Shown: positions 1-13,099, numbered from the stretch's first letter. The stretch: DNA of 64,000 nucleotides from Calditrichaceae bacterium (GCA_050173015.1 JBFXLE010000003.1:64001-128000); one strand, 5' to 3'. A program made the numbers and translations. The notes: a model not told the origin generated them from the sequence alone.

Positions 1-22
1 CTACCTCATTCAGATCAAAAAA

Positions 23-1441
23 TCATACTGGTTCTATTTCGGCTGTCATCGGAACTTCAGCCGTCATTTTTGATTCTCTATCTTCTCTCTTCCTGCCGTA
101 ACTCAATACTCCCTTTACTTCTCCGATGGCGATAAAAGGAAGGAATCGGGCAAACAGCAGGAATACAGTAAAAAACAGACCAAAACTTCCGAGCAGCGTT
201 GCAATTTCGATACTTGTGGGAGCGTACATTGCCCAGCTCGAAGGCAGAAAATCCCTGTGTAAAGAGGTAACGATTATTACAAATCGTTCAAACCACATTC
301 CGATGTTGATCACGATGGAGATGATAAACAGAGTTACGAGACTTGTTCTGATTCTTTTAAACCAGAATAACTGCGGAATAATTACATTACACGTCACCAT
401 AGTCCAATATGCCCAGGCGTAGGGACCAAACGCGCGATTTATAAACACAAACCGTTCATATTCATTAACCGAGTACCAGGCCATAAACATCTCTGTTCCA
501 TAGGCGAATGCGACAATTCCGCCGGTCACAATGATGATTTTACTCATTTTTTCCAAATGATCGATGGTGATATATTCTTCGTAATTCAGCACTTTTCTTG
601 CGATAATCATCAAAGTCAATACCATGGCGAATCCTGAAAACACCGCGCCCGCGACAAAATATGGCGGAAAAATTGTGGTATGCCAGCCGGGAATGACCGA
701 TGTGGCGAAATCCATACTTACGATCGAATGCACCGACAGCACAAGAGGCGTCGCCAGAGCGGCAAGAAGCAAATAGGTCGTTTCATATCGGTGCCAGGCG
801 CGCATGGATCCGTTCCAGCCAAAACTCATGATGGTATAAACCGCTTTTCTGATTTTTGTTTTCGCCCTGTCCCGCAATGTCGCCATATCCGGTATCAATC
901 CGATATACCAGAATACTGCCGAGATCGTAAAATAAGTGCTTATGGCGAAAAAATCCCACAATAACGGCGAGCGGAAATTTACCCAAAGCGGACCCCTGAA
1001 ATTCGGGTATGGCGCGATCCAATAAAAAAACCAGGGCCGTCCCATATGTATTAATGGAAAAATGCCCGCGCACATTACCGCGATCAAGGTCATTGCTTCG
1101 GCTGATCGGTTAATCGACGTACGCCAGCGCTGCCTGAAAAGAAACAGGATAGCGGAAATCAAAGTCCCGGCGTGGCCGATTCCAACCCAGAAAACAAAAT
1201 TAGTGATATCAAACGCCCAGCCGACCGTCTTGTTGAGACCCCAGGTCCCGATTCCGACTTTGATCTGATAACTGACGGCAGCAATACCCAACATCAGAAA
1301 TGAAGATGCTGAAATAAAGGCGATCCACCATAATTTTGTCGGCTTTCTTTCCAAAGGTTTCGAGATATCGTCTGTCACCTGTTTGAGGGATTTATTCCCT
1401 TCAATTATTGGTTTTCTAAGTGCCGAATAAGTCATGGACAT
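23..1441 (-). CDS. actC: Alternative complex III membrane subunit ActC (NrfD/PsrC family)
   Basis: Polytopic 472 aa; [55 protein letters not shown] motifs; directly downstream of actB. Confidence 0.9.
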   Translation of the reverse strand: MSMTYSALRKPIIEGNKSLKQVTDDISKPLERKPTKLWWIAFISASSFLMLGIAAVSYQIKVGIGTWGLNKTVGWAFDITNFVFWVGIGHAGTLISAILFLFRQRWRTSINRSAEAMTLIAVMCAGIFPLIHMGRPWFFYWIAPYPNFRGPLWVNFRSPLLWDFFAISTYFTISAVFWYIGLIPDMATLRDRAKTKIRKAVYTIMSFGWNGSMRAWHRYETTYLLLAALATPLVLSVHSIVSMDFATSVIPGWHTTIFPPYFVAGAVFSGFAMVLTLMIIARKVLNYEEYITIDHLEKMSKIIIVTGGIVAFAYGTEMFMAWYSVNEYERFVFINRAFGPYAWAYWTMVTCNVIIPQLFWFKRIRTSLVTLFIISIVINIGMWFERFVIIVTSLHRDFLPSSWAMYAPTSIEIATLLGSFGLFFTVFLLFARFLPFIAIGEVKGVLSYGRKREDRESKMTAEVPMTAEIEPV

Positions 1442-1445
1442 GCTG

Positions 1446-4400
1446 TTAAATTTCTCCGTCTAATTTTTTATCATTACGCACTTTGGTCATATATCCTACA
1501 TTTGGGCGGAAATTCATTTCTTCCAGCATATGGTAATGCCGGGGATTCACTTTGATTTTCGCGATACGGCTGTCCGGGTTTAATTTATCCCCAAATACAA
1601 TGGCGTCAGCAGGGCAGGACTGCTGACAGGCCACCTTAATTTCGCCATCCGCTATCGGTCTGTTTTCCCTTTTTGCTTTTGCTTTTACATCCTGAATTCG
1701 TTGCACACACAATGAACATTTTTCCATTACGCCCCGTGAACGTGTTGTCACATCGGGATTCAGGACAAGGTTTTCTTTCTTTTCCTGCGCCAGATATTCA
1801 AACCAATTAAATCTGCGTACTTTGTAAGGGCAGTTGTTCGCGCAATAGCGGGTTCCAACACAGCGGTTATATATTTGCTGATTGATGCCTTCATCACTGT
1901 GCACCGTCGCCAGAACAGGACAGACCCCTTCACAGGGCGCGTGATCACAATGCTGGCACATCACCGGCTGATGCATCACATCAACATCGCCGTCATCTCC
2001 CGAATAATAACGATCAATCCGGATCCAGTGCATTTCACGACGTCGATACACTTCGTCTTTTCCCACTACCTGGACATTATTTTCCGCCTGACAACTGATC
2101 ACACAGGCGGAGCATCCGGTACAGCGGTTGAGATCAATGCTCATACCCCAGTGATAACCGGTATAGACATGGTCATTTTCCCATAGCTGAAGAGTTTCAT
2201 GTTCGAAATGATTACCGGAAGACGGATCATTTCTAAATTCAGAAACAACCGTCTCACGAACCATATTGCGACGATGCCCGCCGAGGTGTTTCGGTTCCGT
2301 TATGGTCTGATGTGTTTGAGTAAGCGCAAGATGGGTACTCTCACCGGTTGGATATATATTTACACGACCTGAATAATTGAAATTCCGGTTTTGATGAGAT
2401 AAAAAGACAAAACTGTTTTTTCCAACCGTCCCGCCTTTCTCAACGGTCAGTCGGCTCTCCAGCCATTGCGGCCCTATTTCCGAAAAACGATCCGTTCCTT
2501 TCCGCCCGTAACCAAGAGCGACCGATATCACATTTTTGTGCTGTCCGGGTTGTAAAAGTACCGGAAGTTCAATTTCCCTGTCTTTCATGGTTAATCTGAC
2601 CACATCACCCTGCTCAATATTCATTTCCCGGGCCGTTGCCGGAGACATACAGGCATAATTATCCCATACTACCTTGGTAACCGGATCAGGCAGTTCATGC
2701 AGCCAGGGATTATGCGCGTGACGCCCGTCCATCATCCCTATTTTTTGATACAGCACCATTTCATATTCGTCCCGGTTCACTGTACTCATTATTTCCGGGC
2801 TTTTTAGAGCGCTAAACCGGAAATCGCCCAAAATGACAGGCGTCTCATGCAAAACGGCAAATCCGTCATGAACCGATTTATCCCAAAATTTTTGAAAATC
2901 CGACTCCTGATTCTGCCTCCTGAAAAAGTTAGTCTTCCAATAATCCTGCATGATCTCTAAATCTGTCCTGGAGTCATTCATCCACCTGGCAAGACATCCC
3001 CGGAATGAACGGGTATCTCCCAGTTTTGGGATTACCGGCTGTGAAACACCGATGACGCCTCCGGCAATCCTGAAATCATCCCAGGATTCAAGCGAATGGT
3101 CCGGCGGACAGACATACCGGACAAGTTCGGATGTTTCATCAATATGATCGCTGAATGATATGGTTAATGGTACATTTTCAATCGCTTTTATAAATCTCCG
3201 CTGATCAGGATAACTATATGCCGGATTAACATCAGACATGATCAGAACTTTGACTTCACCGGCTTCCATTTTATCAACAAGTTCCAGAAAAGCCCGGTCA
3301 TTTCCCCGCCATTGATATGATGGATAGTCCGTTTCAATCGTTTTACCATAATTGCCAAGAATGTAATTTATATAATTTACGACAGACTGGGCCTCAACAT
3401 CATTCATTCCGCTGATGATAAGACTTCGTCCCCTTGCTTTCCAAAGAGTGTCCGCGAGATCATCAACCAAAACGCGATTCACCGTCGCGGGCAGTTCCGC
3501 GGAAGCCCATGGTAATGCGCCGGTGCCGGACATTATCGATAATCTCTCAGCAATTGCCATCAGCGTATTAATGCTTTCTTCCCGCGTAACGGCTACTCTC
3601 CGGTCGGCATTTGATCCTGTCAGTGACATCCGGCCTTCAAACTGAATATGATAGGAATAATCATCGACAGACACATCGGGTTTTCTCTTCATTGTGTACG
3701 CTTTGGTAAACTCTACGGGAGAGATCCATGTACCCAGAAAATCGGCATCAAAACTTACAATTACATCCGCCTGATCGAAACGATAATGAGGAAGTATCCG
3801 ATTACCAAAAGTCCGCTCATGCGCGTCGGGAATCGCCGAATATGAAACCGCGTCATATTCAACATGTCCGCTCTTTTTAAATCTTTTCAGGAATCGATTG
3901 ATCATTTCAGCGGTTGTGGGACTCGTCAGTGTACCGGTCAAAATATAAACACCGTCAGTTATATTTTTGAGTCCTGAACCAACATTCGAATCAATTACCG
4001 ACCACTCAACGGATGTTCCTTTGCTCATCGGTTTTTGCAGTCTCTGTGAGTCATACAGACCAAGAATAGAGGCCTGCCCAACAGCGCAAACACCGCCTTT
4101 TGAAATGGGATGCTCTGGATTGCCCTCAATTTTTACCGGTCTGCCGTCACTATTCTTTGTCAAAATTCCGCAGGATGCAGAGCAGCCTTTGCATGTTGAA
4201 GCATACCAGTATGCCTCACCGGGAACGACTTCTTCCTGGCGATTCAGCAGCGGAATCGCTTTCTCAACCGGCCCTTTAACACACGAGGCCAATATTGACC
4301 CGGTAACAGTAAATCCAGCGGCTCTAAGGAAAGAGCGGCGTGACAATCCGGATTTAGCCAGTTTTGAATCTTTTTCAAGAAATTTGCTCAATGATACCGG

Positions 4401-4496
4401 CTCAGGGAATTCAGTTTCAAGTGTTTCCTGAAATTCTTTGGTATTTTCTCTTTCTTCAATACCCTTCCAGTATTTCTTTTCCTGATCAGTTGACAT
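1446..4496 (-). CDS. actB: Alternative complex III subunit ActB (molybdopterin-oxidoreductase-like domain fused to a 4Fe-4S dicluster domain, TAT-variant signal)
   Basis: N-terminal YWKGIEE, internal twin-arginine SRRSFLR; C-terminal [41 protein letters not shown]...CQQSCP. Confidence 0.9.
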   Translation of the reverse strand: MSTDQEKKYWKGIEERENTKEFQETLETEFPEPVSLSKFLEKDSKLAKSGLSRRSFLRAAGFTVTGSILASCVKGPVEKAIPLLNRQEEVVPGEAYWYASTCKGCSASCGILTKNSDGRPVKIEGNPEHPISKGGVCAVGQASILGLYDSQRLQKPMSKGTSVEWSVIDSNVGSGLKNITDGVYILTGTLTSPTTAEMINRFLKRFKKSGHVEYDAVSYSAIPDAHERTFGNRILPHYRFDQADVIVSFDADFLGTWISPVEFTKAYTMKRKPDVSVDDYSYHIQFEGRMSLTGSNADRRVAVTREESINTLMAIAERLSIMSGTGALPWASAELPATVNRVLVDDLADTLWKARGRSLIISGMNDVEAQSVVNYINYILGNYGKTIETDYPSYQWRGNDRAFLELVDKMEAGEVKVLIMSDVNPAYSYPDQRRFIKAIENVPLTISFSDHIDETSELVRYVCPPDHSLESWDDFRIAGGVIGVSQPVIPKLGDTRSFRGCLARWMNDSRTDLEIMQDYWKTNFFRRQNQESDFQKFWDKSVHDGFAVLHETPVILGDFRFSALKSPEIMSTVNRDEYEMVLYQKIGMMDGRHAHNPWLHELPDPVTKVVWDNYACMSPATAREMNIEQGDVVRLTMKDREIELPVLLQPGQHKNVISVALGYGRKGTDRFSEIGPQWLESRLTVEKGGTVGKNSFVFLSHQNRNFNYSGRVNIYPTGESTHLALTQTHQTITEPKHLGGHRRNMVRETVVSEFRNDPSSGNHFEHETLQLWENDHVYTGYHWGMSIDLNRCTGCSACVISCQAENNVQVVGKDEVYRRREMHWIRIDRYYSGDDGDVDVMHQPVMCQHCDHAPCEGVCPVLATVHSDEGINQQIYNRCVGTRYCANNCPYKVRRFNWFEYLAQEKKENLVLNPDVTTRSRGVMEKCSLCVQRIQDVKAKAKRENRPIADGEIKVACQQSCPADAIVFGDKLNPDSRIAKIKVNPRHYHMLEEMNFRPNVGYMTKVRNDKKLDGEI

Positions 4497-4552
4497 GCTT
4501 ATTTTCCGTTATATAGTATCATATTAGTTCAATTTTTTCAATCCTGAGACAT

Positions 4553-5206
4553 CTAATAATGGCACACCGTACAGCTTGTTGACGCGTATTTGCCCTTTAA
4601 CTCCGGGACAAGGCCGTTGTTTACGTCTCTGTGACAATTCACGCACCATCCCATGGTCAGATCAGGGACTTGTGTGACCTTTTCCATGGTTTCAACGGGC
4701 CCGTGACAGGTCTGACACACCACGCCACCGTTAACATGCCTGCGGTGATCAAAATAAACAAAATCGGGTACCTTATAGACACGAATCCACTCGATGGGCT
4801 GACCGGTTTCTTCTTTATATTTCATCTCATCGGTAGAGAAACCGACCGCGTCATAAACTTTTTGCAGCTCGGCCGAAACAATCATTTTTACAGGTCTGTT
4901 TTCTTCCTGAGCCTTTTCTTCTTCTATTTTAACTTTATCCCATCGGGATGTTACAAACCGATGACAATTCATACATGTTGCCGCATCCGGAATCACCGCG
5001 TATCTGCTCCGTTCGGCGCCGTTATGGCAATAAGTACAGGCCATTTGCAAATCGCCGCTATGTAATCTGTGTGAAAATGCCACGGGCTGTTCCGGCGTAT
5101 ATCCCTGGCTGATTCCCGGCAGATTCAGATTAACGCTGCTCATATAAACCATAGTCCCCGCGAATAGGGCGATTATTAAAACAATAGCAATATTCCTGTT
5201 AGTCAT
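4553..5206 (-). CDS. actA: Pentaheme cytochrome c, ActA of alternative complex III
   Basis: Five CxxCH motifs (CTYCH, CMNCH, CQTCH, CVNCH, CTVCH), N-terminal TM helix, PEQPVAFSH and PDFVYFDH, upstream of actB. Confidence 0.88.
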   Translation of the reverse strand: MTNRNIAIVLIIALFAGTMVYMSSVNLNLPGISQGYTPEQPVAFSHRLHSGDLQMACTYCHNGAERSRYAVIPDAATCMNCHRFVTSRWDKVKIEEEKAQEENRPVKMIVSAELQKVYDAVGFSTDEMKYKEETGQPIEWIRVYKVPDFVYFDHRRHVNGGVVCQTCHGPVETMEKVTQVPDLTMGWCVNCHRDVNNGLVPELKGKYASTSCTVCHY

Positions 5207-5248
5207 TTTTCACCATTCCTGAATACACAATTCGGGTTTAATAATTTC

Positions 5249-6583
5249 TCAGTTTTCGGCAACCTGTCCAAAACCTTCCGTTTGTGATGTCATGTCTGTT
5301 TTTCTCAGAAGAAATACTATGACGAGAGACAAAACAGCAAGCCCTACAAATACAAAAAATCCGTTGGCATAGCCCTGAATACCCTGGCTTTCAACAAAAA
5401 ACCCGAGTAGGGGCGGAATAAGGAAACCACCCAGAGCGCCTAATCCGCCTACCCAGCCGGCTCCTCCCCCGACAGCTTCTGAGATATATTGTGGCACAAG
5501 TTTAAATACGCCGGCGTTATTCACTCCCATACCAACCGCCATTAAAATCAGACCGGTGATAGCGAGAGAAGTCATATCTGAAAATATTAGTAACACAGCG
5601 CCGAGTATCATTGTAGTGATAGAAAATATAATGGTGGGCACGCCGCCGAACCGATCCGAAGCGCTACCGCCCGCGACCCGTACCAGTGACGCTAATACTG
5701 AAAAAAGCATAGTAAGCGCGCCCGCTGTTTTTAGATCTGTGCCGAAATATTCCTGCCAGTATGTCGGGAACCATACGGTAAGAGCCAGAAATCCGCCGAA
5801 TGTCGTGAAATACAAAAAAACAAGCGCCCAGGTTCTCCAGATCAAGGCCGCTTTAATCAAACCTTCCAAAACGCCTCCCTGCGGAAATATTTCCTGTCCG
5901 GCGCCGGCGGCAAGCTGTCGTGATTCCCCGGAGGATTTTCCTTTTCCTTCTTTATGAATCTGAAAATAAAACGCGTTCGGGGCGTAAACATAATACAGTA
6001 CAATCCCTGCCAGGAGTACAATCAGCCAAATGGCATAAGTATTAGTTAATGCTAAAAATCCTATGAGCAGGGGAATCAGGAAGGAAAAAAGGCCGGGGGC
6101 AATATTACCAAACCCGGCATACGCTCCCAGCGCCCAGCCTTGCTTCTTTTTCGGAAACCAGTATGATACCTGTCCGATACCCACAGAAAAGGTCGCGATC
6201 CCGCATCCGCTGAAAAGTGCCAGTATTAACAAAATCGGGTAATGATTCATGTTAAGATTTTCAGGACCAACAGTGAAGAGCAAGGCGAATAAACCGGTCA
6301 TCCCCAAAAATGATAGAAGAAGTAATATTATGAATGGTTTTCGTCCGCCGGTTGTATCAACCCACGCTCCAAAAGGAATACGCAGCAGCGAACCCGACAA
6401 ATTCGGCATCGCCACGAGTAGGCCTAACTGTACGGATGTCATCATCATCGTCTGATTTAATAATTTTGCGGTCGGTCCAAAAAGCGAAACCGCGGCGAAT
6501 CCGACAAAAAAACCGGCAGTTGTACCAAATAGCGCTTTAATTGGTGATCCGGTAAGTAATCCATTTTGCTTATCGGGTCTCAT
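5249..6583 (-). CDS. narK: Nitrate/nitrite MFS transporter (NarK family)
   Basis: About 12 TM; GSLLRIPFG, SYWFPKKKQGWALGAYAGFGN, GGLGALGGF; within the nar operon. Confidence 0.85.
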   Translation of the reverse strand: MRPDKQNGLLTGSPIKALFGTTAGFFVGFAAVSLFGPTAKLLNQTMMMTSVQLGLLVAMPNLSGSLLRIPFGAWVDTTGGRKPFIILLLLSFLGMTGLFALLFTVGPENLNMNHYPILLILALFSGCGIATFSVGIGQVSYWFPKKKQGWALGAYAGFGNIAPGLFSFLIPLLIGFLALTNTYAIWLIVLLAGIVLYYVYAPNAFYFQIHKEGKGKSSGESRQLAAGAGQEIFPQGGVLEGLIKAALIWRTWALVFLYFTTFGGFLALTVWFPTYWQEYFGTDLKTAGALTMLFSVLASLVRVAGGSASDRFGGVPTIIFSITTMILGAVLLIFSDMTSLAITGLILMAVGMGVNNAGVFKLVPQYISEAVGGGAGWVGGLGALGGFLIPPLLGFFVESQGIQGYANGFFVFVGLAVLSLVIVFLLRKTDMTSQTEGFGQVAEN

Positions 6584-6603
6584 AATGTCCCTTTATTCTA
6601 TTC

Positions 6604-7338
6604 TTATTTACGTTTTATGACAAATTCCGGGGTACGTATTTTTTTCCGGTCCCAGTTCCACCTTACCAACTGCGGTTTTCTCCAGAGATACGGATTTGGA
6701 ACCACGAGTATATGAACAAGCCTGGTGAAAGGAAACAACAGGACAATCAGTGAATTTCCGATGATATGAAGTTTAACCATGATCGGCATCGGCGTCACAT
6801 AAGCAATATCGGGAGTAAAAGTAAGCAATGACCAGAGATACGGCGTCATCGAGGCCGCAAACCAGGAACTTCCCCAACTGTGAAATACGGCGGTATAAAG
6901 ACCGGTGATCACCTGGAGGAATAAAATGGACAATACAATCCAGTCAAACGGGCTGGTCACCGCTTTTGTCTTACTGTCTGTCATCCGACGGGCAAACAGA
7001 TTGATCATCCCGATCAGCGTAAAAAGACCGGCTATAAAAGCGGTTATCTCCAGGACATAAAGCCTGAGCGGATTGCTGTTCCAAATCAGGACCTGTGACG
7101 GGATCAGGAAGCCGATCAAATGTCCGAAAAAAAGCGTGATAATGCCGTAGTGAAACGGAACCATCCCCCAAAAATGTATTTTATTTTCCAAAAATTGGGA
7201 AGATAAACTTGAATAGCTGTACCCATGTTTTCTGTAGCGTGAAATGGTCACTCCGAAAAACGTAAAAAGAGCGACATACGGAAGCACGGCAAACCAGAAC
7301 AAATTCAATGATGTTAAAAAGGCTGCATTTTGGACCAT
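6604..7338 (-). CDS. narI: Respiratory nitrate reductase gamma subunit (cytochrome b)
   Basis: SSLSSQFLE, FHYGI..GH, KLHI..PFTRLVH heme-b His pattern. Start set at ATG 7338 (AGGTG SD); ORF track starts at 7377. Confidence 0.9.
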   Translation of the reverse strand: MVQNAAFLTSLNLFWFAVLPYVALFTFFGVTISRYRKHGYSYSSLSSQFLENKIHFWGMVPFHYGIITLFFGHLIGFLIPSQVLIWNSNPLRLYVLEITAFIAGLFTLIGMINLFARRMTDSKTKAVTSPFDWIVLSILFLQVITGLYTAVFHSWGSSWFAASMTPYLWSLLTFTPDIAYVTPMPIMVKLHIIGNSLIVLLFPFTRLVHILVVPNPYLWRKPQLVRWNWDRKKIRTPEFVIKRK

Positions 7339-7403
7339 AATTTTCACCTGATACTTATGGTTTAATTGTTCTGCCAATTAAGTTTTAATTATGATTCTCA
7401 GGA

Positions 7404-7946
7404 TCAAACATGAGCTGAGACAAAATCTCCTGACTGTTTTCCCGTTAGGGTATATTTTTCTTCAAGTAAATCATTTAATATCTCAATAACCGGTTTATAC
7501 GGATTATCAGCCGGGAAATTTTTTATTATTTTCCCAATGGCCGGAAGAATATAATTTTCCGAAAAAATCTGAACTTCATCATTATCCAACACCGCCATTA
7601 ATTTTAAACAATGACTGAGATGATCCGGTAATTCGATGGACTCGGAAATCTTAAACTCTTCCAGTGATTGCCGCATTTTGACAAGAAATTCGCCTCGCTG
7701 ATAATCTTCTCCGTACAGATGCCAGCCCAATTCCAGGCAGGTTGAAGGATTCATATCAAACGTTCTGGTGAACAGTTCTTCGATATCGGAAAGATCGGTT
7801 TCTTCTACATATTTTATAAATTCATCATATTTCCGGCGATCTGCTTGCGCTTTCTCAATCTGTTCTCCAAGGTTCCTTATATGTTTTCGGTAATCTACAA
7901 CCGGATAAGAAAATACTTCCGCGAAATTACTGAACATTTTATTCAT
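7404..7946 (-). CDS. narJ: Nitrate reductase molybdenum cofactor assembly chaperone
   Basis: FTRTFD and ELPDHL motifs; between narH and narI; start overlaps narH stop. Confidence 0.85.
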   Translation of the reverse strand: MNKMFSNFAEVFSYPVVDYRKHIRNLGEQIEKAQADRRKYDEFIKYVEETDLSDIEELFTRTFDMNPSTCLELGWHLYGEDYQRGEFLVKMRQSLEEFKISESIELPDHLSHCLKLMAVLDNDEVQIFSENYILPAIGKIIKNFPADNPYKPVIEILNDLLEEKYTLTGKQSGDFVSAHV

Positions 7947-9436
7947 TATAATCCCCTCTTCGGTTCTTCTCTGAATCCAAATCCAACGGACTGTTTATGT
8001 TCAAGAGGATCTTTCATCATTTCAATCGCCTCTTCCCGGTGAGACGGCGGAATGACAAACCGGTCATTAAACGTACAGAGCGAGGTCAGTTTATATATTG
8101 ATTCGGCCTCCGCCACCGAACAATCCGCTTCGAGAAGCATTTTTTCCGCGACTTCCATCTCAATATCACCCACTGTCACCGCCCGGCGATAATTACGGAC
8201 CGCCATTTGTTTTTTCAATACATACCGTATTTTACTGTTATTTCCCGCCGCGAACATTTTACCAAGGTATTCGATTGGCGCGCGCGCCTTATCAAAATCA
8301 GGAAAAAGCCCTTCCGATTCATTTTTTACTGTTTTTCCGTCAAAACTTGAAATTACCGGAAGCATCGGCGGCACATAAAACAGCATTGGCAATGTTCGGT
8401 ATTCAATATGCGGCGGCAATGCGAGTTTCCACTCCTTAACAAATTTATATACCGGAGATTTTTGAGCGGATTTAATGATATCATCGTGAATGCCGTTTTC
8501 CCTGGCGGCTTTAATGACTTCCGGATCGAAGGGATCCAATATCATATCACGTTGCGCCTCAACCAATTCCTGATCATCTTTTTTCGCGGTTTCATCGATC
8601 CTGTCCGCGTCATACAACAAAACCCCGAGATACCTGATTCGTCCCACACAGGAATGGAAGCACGCGGGAGCCTGGCCGGTTTCGATGCGCGGAAAACACA
8701 GAATACACTTTTCTGATTTACCGGTTGACCAGTTATAGTATGTTTTTTTATACGGGCAGGCGGAAACACAGGAACGCCATCCCCGGCACCTTTCCTGATC
8801 AAGAAGTACAATTCCGTCTTCACCACGCTTATACAACGCGCCTGATGGACACGAAGCGACACAAGCCGGATTGACGCAATGGTTGCAAATTCTCGGAAAA
8901 TAAAAGAACATCAAACGTTCGATAGCAAAAAGCTGACTTTTTTGTTCTTCGGTTAGCGCTGTAAAATTTGGATCATTCTCGGCATAAACGGGGGATCCGC
9001 TTAAATCATCATCCCAGTTTGGCCCGGATTCGATATCAATATATTTTCCGGAGACCATTGAAACCGGAGTGGCTGTGGGCTGATCATTCCCTTCAGGCGC
9101 GTTGAACAATTCATCATATTTATAGGTCCACGGCTCATAATAATCCGCCATACTCGGCATGGAGGGATTATGAAAAATATTAGCTACGATGCGCGCTTTT
9201 CCGGTTGACTTTAAAGACAGTTTATTCTTATTTAGCTGCCAACCCCCGTTATATTTCTCCTGATCCTCCCACTTTGTCGGATACCCCGTGCCCGGTTTCG
9301 TTTCAACATTATTCCACCACATGTATTCGGTTCCCTTGCGATCGGTCCAGATATTTTTACACGCGATGCTGCATGTATGGCACCCGATACATTTATCGAG
9401 ATGAAAAACCATTGATATTTGCGATCTGATATCCAT
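7946..9436 (-). CDS. narH: Respiratory nitrate reductase beta subunit
   Basis: LDKCIGCHTCSIACK, NNVETKPGTGYP, CNHCVNPACVASCP, CRGWRSCVSACPYKK, CILCFPR. Confidence 0.96.
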   Translation of the reverse strand: MDIRSQISMVFHLDKCIGCHTCSIACKNIWTDRKGTEYMWWNNVETKPGTGYPTKWEDQEKYNGGWQLNKNKLSLKSTGKARIVANIFHNPSMPSMADYYEPWTYKYDELFNAPEGNDQPTATPVSMVSGKYIDIESGPNWDDDLSGSPVYAENDPNFTALTEEQKSQLFAIERLMFFYFPRICNHCVNPACVASCPSGALYKRGEDGIVLLDQERCRGWRSCVSACPYKKTYYNWSTGKSEKCILCFPRIETGQAPACFHSCVGRIRYLGVLLYDADRIDETAKKDDQELVEAQRDMILDPFDPEVIKAARENGIHDDIIKSAQKSPVYKFVKEWKLALPPHIEYRTLPMLFYVPPMLPVISSFDGKTVKNESEGLFPDFDKARAPIEYLGKMFAAGNNSKIRYVLKKQMAVRNYRRAVTVGDIEMEVAEKMLLEADCSVAEAESIYKLTSLCTFNDRFVIPPSHREEAIEMMKDPLEHKQSVGFGFREEPKRGL

Positions 9437-9460
9437 CTTAATTTTCCTCTTAAGTCGTTA

Positions 9461-12400
9461 TTACCAGATTAATTCGGGAAGTTTCCGAACCAGAATATGT
9501 GTATCCCTGTTTGATCCCGTAGGTCCCCAGTAGTTAAAATGAAATGTAAACTGTCCGTAACCTCCAACCAGCATATTGGGCTTCAGACGTGTTCTTGTCA
9601 AACTATTGTGTCCGCCGGCCCGCCGGTTTCCGCGCATGGGTGACTTTGGAACCGAGAATGTGCGCTCCGGTGAATGATACTGAATACAAATTCCCCTTGG
9701 AATACGCGCGCTGACACATGCTCTCGTTACCACAACCCCGTTGTCGTTATATACTTCAACCCAGTCGTTATCATTGATGCTAAGTTCGGCCGCGTCCTTA
9801 TCATTCATCCAGAAAGGTTCGATGCCTCGTGAAAGCGTTGTCATACGATGATTGTCCCCATAGGTCGAATGGATATGCCATTTCCCGTGCGGAGTTAAAT
9901 AATTCAGCATCATCGATTTGGTTTCTTTATCGCTGAAGGTCAGATCCGCGTACTGTGATGGTGAAGGCTTCGGTTTATAGGTTGGCAGATGTTCACCAAA
10001 TTGAATATAACCGGGATGATCAAGATAGAAATGCTGTCTTCCGGTTAACGTTCTCCAGGGCACATCTCTTTCGACATTATAAGTGAACGGAGAATAGGCC
10101 CTGCCGTCCGTCACCAGACCGGACCACATTGGACTGTTAACGAATCGCCGGGGCTGCGCCTGAAGATCGGTATATCCCACTCGCACATCCCTTGATTTTT
10201 CCACCAGATCAGCTAAGGGCAATCCGACTTTTTCTTCAAGATTTTTGTAGGACCGATAGGATAATTCACCGTTTGTAACAGTGGCGAGATGCAGGATGAC
10301 ATTGCAGGTATCTTCATCTTCATCCAATGAGGGATAGGTGTTTCCGCCCCAGCTCTCTGTCGGATGCGTTGCCAACATGGCATCATAAAAATCATCTATT
10401 TCGTAGTGTGTTCCATGCGCGCCGATACCTTTATCACGAGCTAATTTACCAAGCGAGACGTACTGGTGATACATGTTTTTGTAATCACGGTACACCAGCT
10501 GCATACCGGGCATTGTTTTCCCCGGAATGGCTTCCACTTCACCGCTGGCCCAATCCCTGATCTCTGTCTGCGCGATTTCCGCGGGTGTGTCATGAGCCAG
10601 AGGTTTGGTGACCAGATCAGGCACATGATCGGGAAAGTGTTTTTGAGATAATTCTGAGAATTTTTTTGAAATTTGTTTAAATATTTCCCAGTCGCTTTTT
10701 GATTCCCAGCAGGGTGGAACCGCTTTGGAAAGCGGATGTATAAAACTATGCATATCCGTTGAGTTCAGATCCGCCTTTTCGTACCAGGTGGCCGCGGGTA
10801 GAACGATATCGGAATAGAGAGCCGATGTGTCCATTCTAAAATTCAGATCAACGATCAGATCCATTTTTCCGGTTGGCAATTTGTCATGCCAGGTCACATC
10901 CTCGACCTGCCCCCTGGCAAAATCGCTGTCACCAATCGCGTTGTTATGAGTGCCAAGATAATGCTTCAGAAAATATTCATGCCCTTTCGCGCTGGCCATC
11001 AACGCGTTGCCTCGCCAAATATACCAAACTCGCGGCCAGTTTTCGGGAGCATCGGGATCTTCTACGGAAAATTTCAGTTTTTTGTTTTTTAAGAGATCCA
11101 CCACATATTTTATGACATCTTTTTCATCATTTGAACCGGTGGCTTTAATCGCTTCCTTCGCCAGTTCTATCGGGCTTTTTTCAAACTGCGGATAGAAAGG
11201 CATCCAGCCGTTTTTAACAGCCCGTATTTGCACATCCATGGTATGCCCCTTCGCCAGGGAGCCTTCTTTCTGGTTTTGAGGGACGGAATGATAATCCGTA
11301 AAGGCTTTTTCATAACGCCACTGGTCCGAATTAACGTAATGCCAGCTTGGCGCGTTTTGGAGTCGTGAGGCGCCGTACCAGTCTTTGGCAAAAGCAATCG
11401 TACCCCATGATTCACCGGGAGCTAATTTTTCCTGCCCCACATAATGCGCCAGACCACCGCCGTTTACTCCGATACAGCCCGTATACATGAGCGCGTGAAT
11501 GCCGGCCCGGTACATTAAATTTCCATGGTACCAGTGATTAATACCCGCGCCGATGATGATTGTGCACTTTCCGTTTGTGTGTTCCGCCGTACTTCCCCAT
11601 TCGCGGGCGAATTTTATCAGATTTTCACGGGACAACCCGGTATATTTTTCTGACCATGCCGGCGTATAAGGAGCATTTTCATCATCATAATCCGCCGGAT
11701 ATTCACCTTTCAATCCCCTCGGAACCCCATATTGAGCCATTAATAAATCATAGACCGTAGTAACAATCTTTATACCGCTTTCTGTTTCTATTTTTTTTAC
11801 GGGAACGCCTCTGAAAATATTATTGGCCTCACCAAAATCATCGAGGCGCACTAAAACTTCTTCATCACTGTTATTCAAAAATGTGAGCAGGGGATTTATT
11901 CTACTTCCATCCGCGCCATCCTTTAATTGGAGATTCCATTTGCCCTTTTCCTTTCCCCAACGGTGTCCGCCACTGCCCATGGGCATTTTCAGCTCAGCAG
12001 TGGATTCATCCCACATGAGAAATTTCCACTCCCCGTTTTCCTGATCAGCATATTTCTTTATCTGACCGGCTCTGAGAAGCTGTCCCGCTTCGAAATGATC
12101 TTTTTCTTTGTTCAACTCCACAAGAAGCGGAGCATCGGTGTATTTTTTTACATAGTCTATAAAATAAGGAGTCTGTTTTTCATGGTGAAACTCCTTCAGG
12201 AGAACGTGGTTAACCGCCATCCACCAAGCGCCATCCTGTCCCGCGTTTATGGACATCCACTCATCCGCGTATTTTGCCACCTGATTAAAATCAGGCGCGA
12301 AAACATACATCTTGGTCCCGTTATGGCGGGATTCGGCGGCGAAATGACAATCCGGTGTGCGTGTCATATTCAGATTTGACCCCATAACGGCCAGTAGTTT

Positions 12401-13099
12401 GGAATTATACCAGTCCGCCGATTCCTGCACATCGGTCTGCTCACCCCATGTTTCGGGTGAGGCGCTTGGGAGATCGCAATACCAGTCGTAGAATGAAAGG
12501 GCCAGACCACCCATTAACTGCAGCATTCTCGCTCCGGCGGCATAACTGATCATCGACATGGCGGGAATCGGTGAAAAACCGGCAATCCTGTCAGGACCGT
12601 GTTTTTTAATCGTATATATATTGGAGGCGGCCATAATCTCTAAAACTGTATCCCAGTCCGTCCGGCGGAATCCGCCCTTTCCGCGCGCCTGTTGCCAGCG
12701 CTGCCGCTTTTCCGGATCTTCCACCATTGATTTCCATGCGTCAACCGGATCATCATACTCCGATTTTGCCTTTTTCCAAAAATCCAGCATCGCGCCGCGG
12801 ATATAAGGATATTTTACACGCAGAGGACTGTACAAATACCAGGAATAAGAAATGCCTCGCTGACAACCACGAGGTTCATAGGGGGGTAAACCATGCTCGA
12901 GGGTGGGATAATCAAGACCCTGCATTTCCCAGGTGACAATCCCGTCTTTTACATGGATGTTCCATGTACAGCTCCCCGTACAATTTACGCCATGGGTGCT
13001 GCGGACAATTTTATCATACTGCCAGCGATTCCTGTAAAATTGTTCCCAGGTTCGTTGCTGGGGAACAACATCATCTCTTATCCACGATTTCCTGCTCAT
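9461..13099 (-). CDS. narG: Respiratory nitrate reductase alpha subunit (no TAT signal, cytoplasm-facing)
   Basis: [49 protein letters not shown]. Start set at ATG 13099 (AAGGAA SD). Confidence 0.96.
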   Translation of the reverse strand: MSRKSWIRDDVVPQQRTWEQFYRNRWQYDKIVRSTHGVNCTGSCTWNIHVKDGIVTWEMQGLDYPTLEHGLPPYEPRGCQRGISYSWYLYSPLRVKYPYIRGAMLDFWKKAKSEYDDPVDAWKSMVEDPEKRQRWQQARGKGGFRRTDWDTVLEIMAASNIYTIKKHGPDRIAGFSPIPAMSMISYAAGARMLQLMGGLALSFYDWYCDLPSASPETWGEQTDVQESADWYNSKLLAVMGSNLNMTRTPDCHFAAESRHNGTKMYVFAPDFNQVAKYADEWMSINAGQDGAWWMAVNHVLLKEFHHEKQTPYFIDYVKKYTDAPLLVELNKEKDHFEAGQLLRAGQIKKYADQENGEWKFLMWDESTAELKMPMGSGGHRWGKEKGKWNLQLKDGADGSRINPLLTFLNNSDEEVLVRLDDFGEANNIFRGVPVKKIETESGIKIVTTVYDLLMAQYGVPRGLKGEYPADYDDENAPYTPAWSEKYTGLSRENLIKFAREWGSTAEHTNGKCTIIIGAGINHWYHGNLMYRAGIHALMYTGCIGVNGGGLAHYVGQEKLAPGESWGTIAFAKDWYGASRLQNAPSWHYVNSDQWRYEKAFTDYHSVPQNQKEGSLAKGHTMDVQIRAVKNGWMPFYPQFEKSPIELAKEAIKATGSNDEKDVIKYVVDLLKNKKLKFSVEDPDAPENWPRVWYIWRGNALMASAKGHEYFLKHYLGTHNNAIGDSDFARGQVEDVTWHDKLPTGKMDLIVDLNFRMDTSALYSDIVLPAATWYEKADLNSTDMHSFIHPLSKAVPPCWESKSDWEIFKQISKKFSELSQKHFPDHVPDLVTKPLAHDTPAEIAQTEIRDWASGEVEAIPGKTMPGMQLVYRDYKNMYHQYVSLGKLARDKGIGAHGTHYEIDDFYDAMLATHPTESWGGNTYPSLDEDEDTCNVILHLATVTNGELSYRSYKNLEEKVGLPLADLVEKSRDVRVGYTDLQAQPRRFVNSPMWSGLVTDGRAYSPFTYNVERDVPWRTLTGRQHFYLDHPGYIQFGEHLPTYKPKPSPSQYADLTFSDKETKSMMLNYLTPHGKWHIHSTYGDNHRMTTLSRGIEPFWMNDKDAAELSINDNDWVEVYNDNGVVVTRACVSARIPRGICIQYHSPERTFSVPKSPMRGNRRAGGHNSLTRTRLKPNMLVGGYGQFTFHFNYWGPTGSNRDTHILVRKLPELIW

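Noticed and set aside
9461-13099. Possible nitrite oxidoreductase or periplasmic Nar/perchlorate reductase
   Set aside because: No TAT signal, and narJ, narI and narK context fits cytoplasmic NarG; phylogeny would be needed to exclude Nitrobacter-type NXR fully
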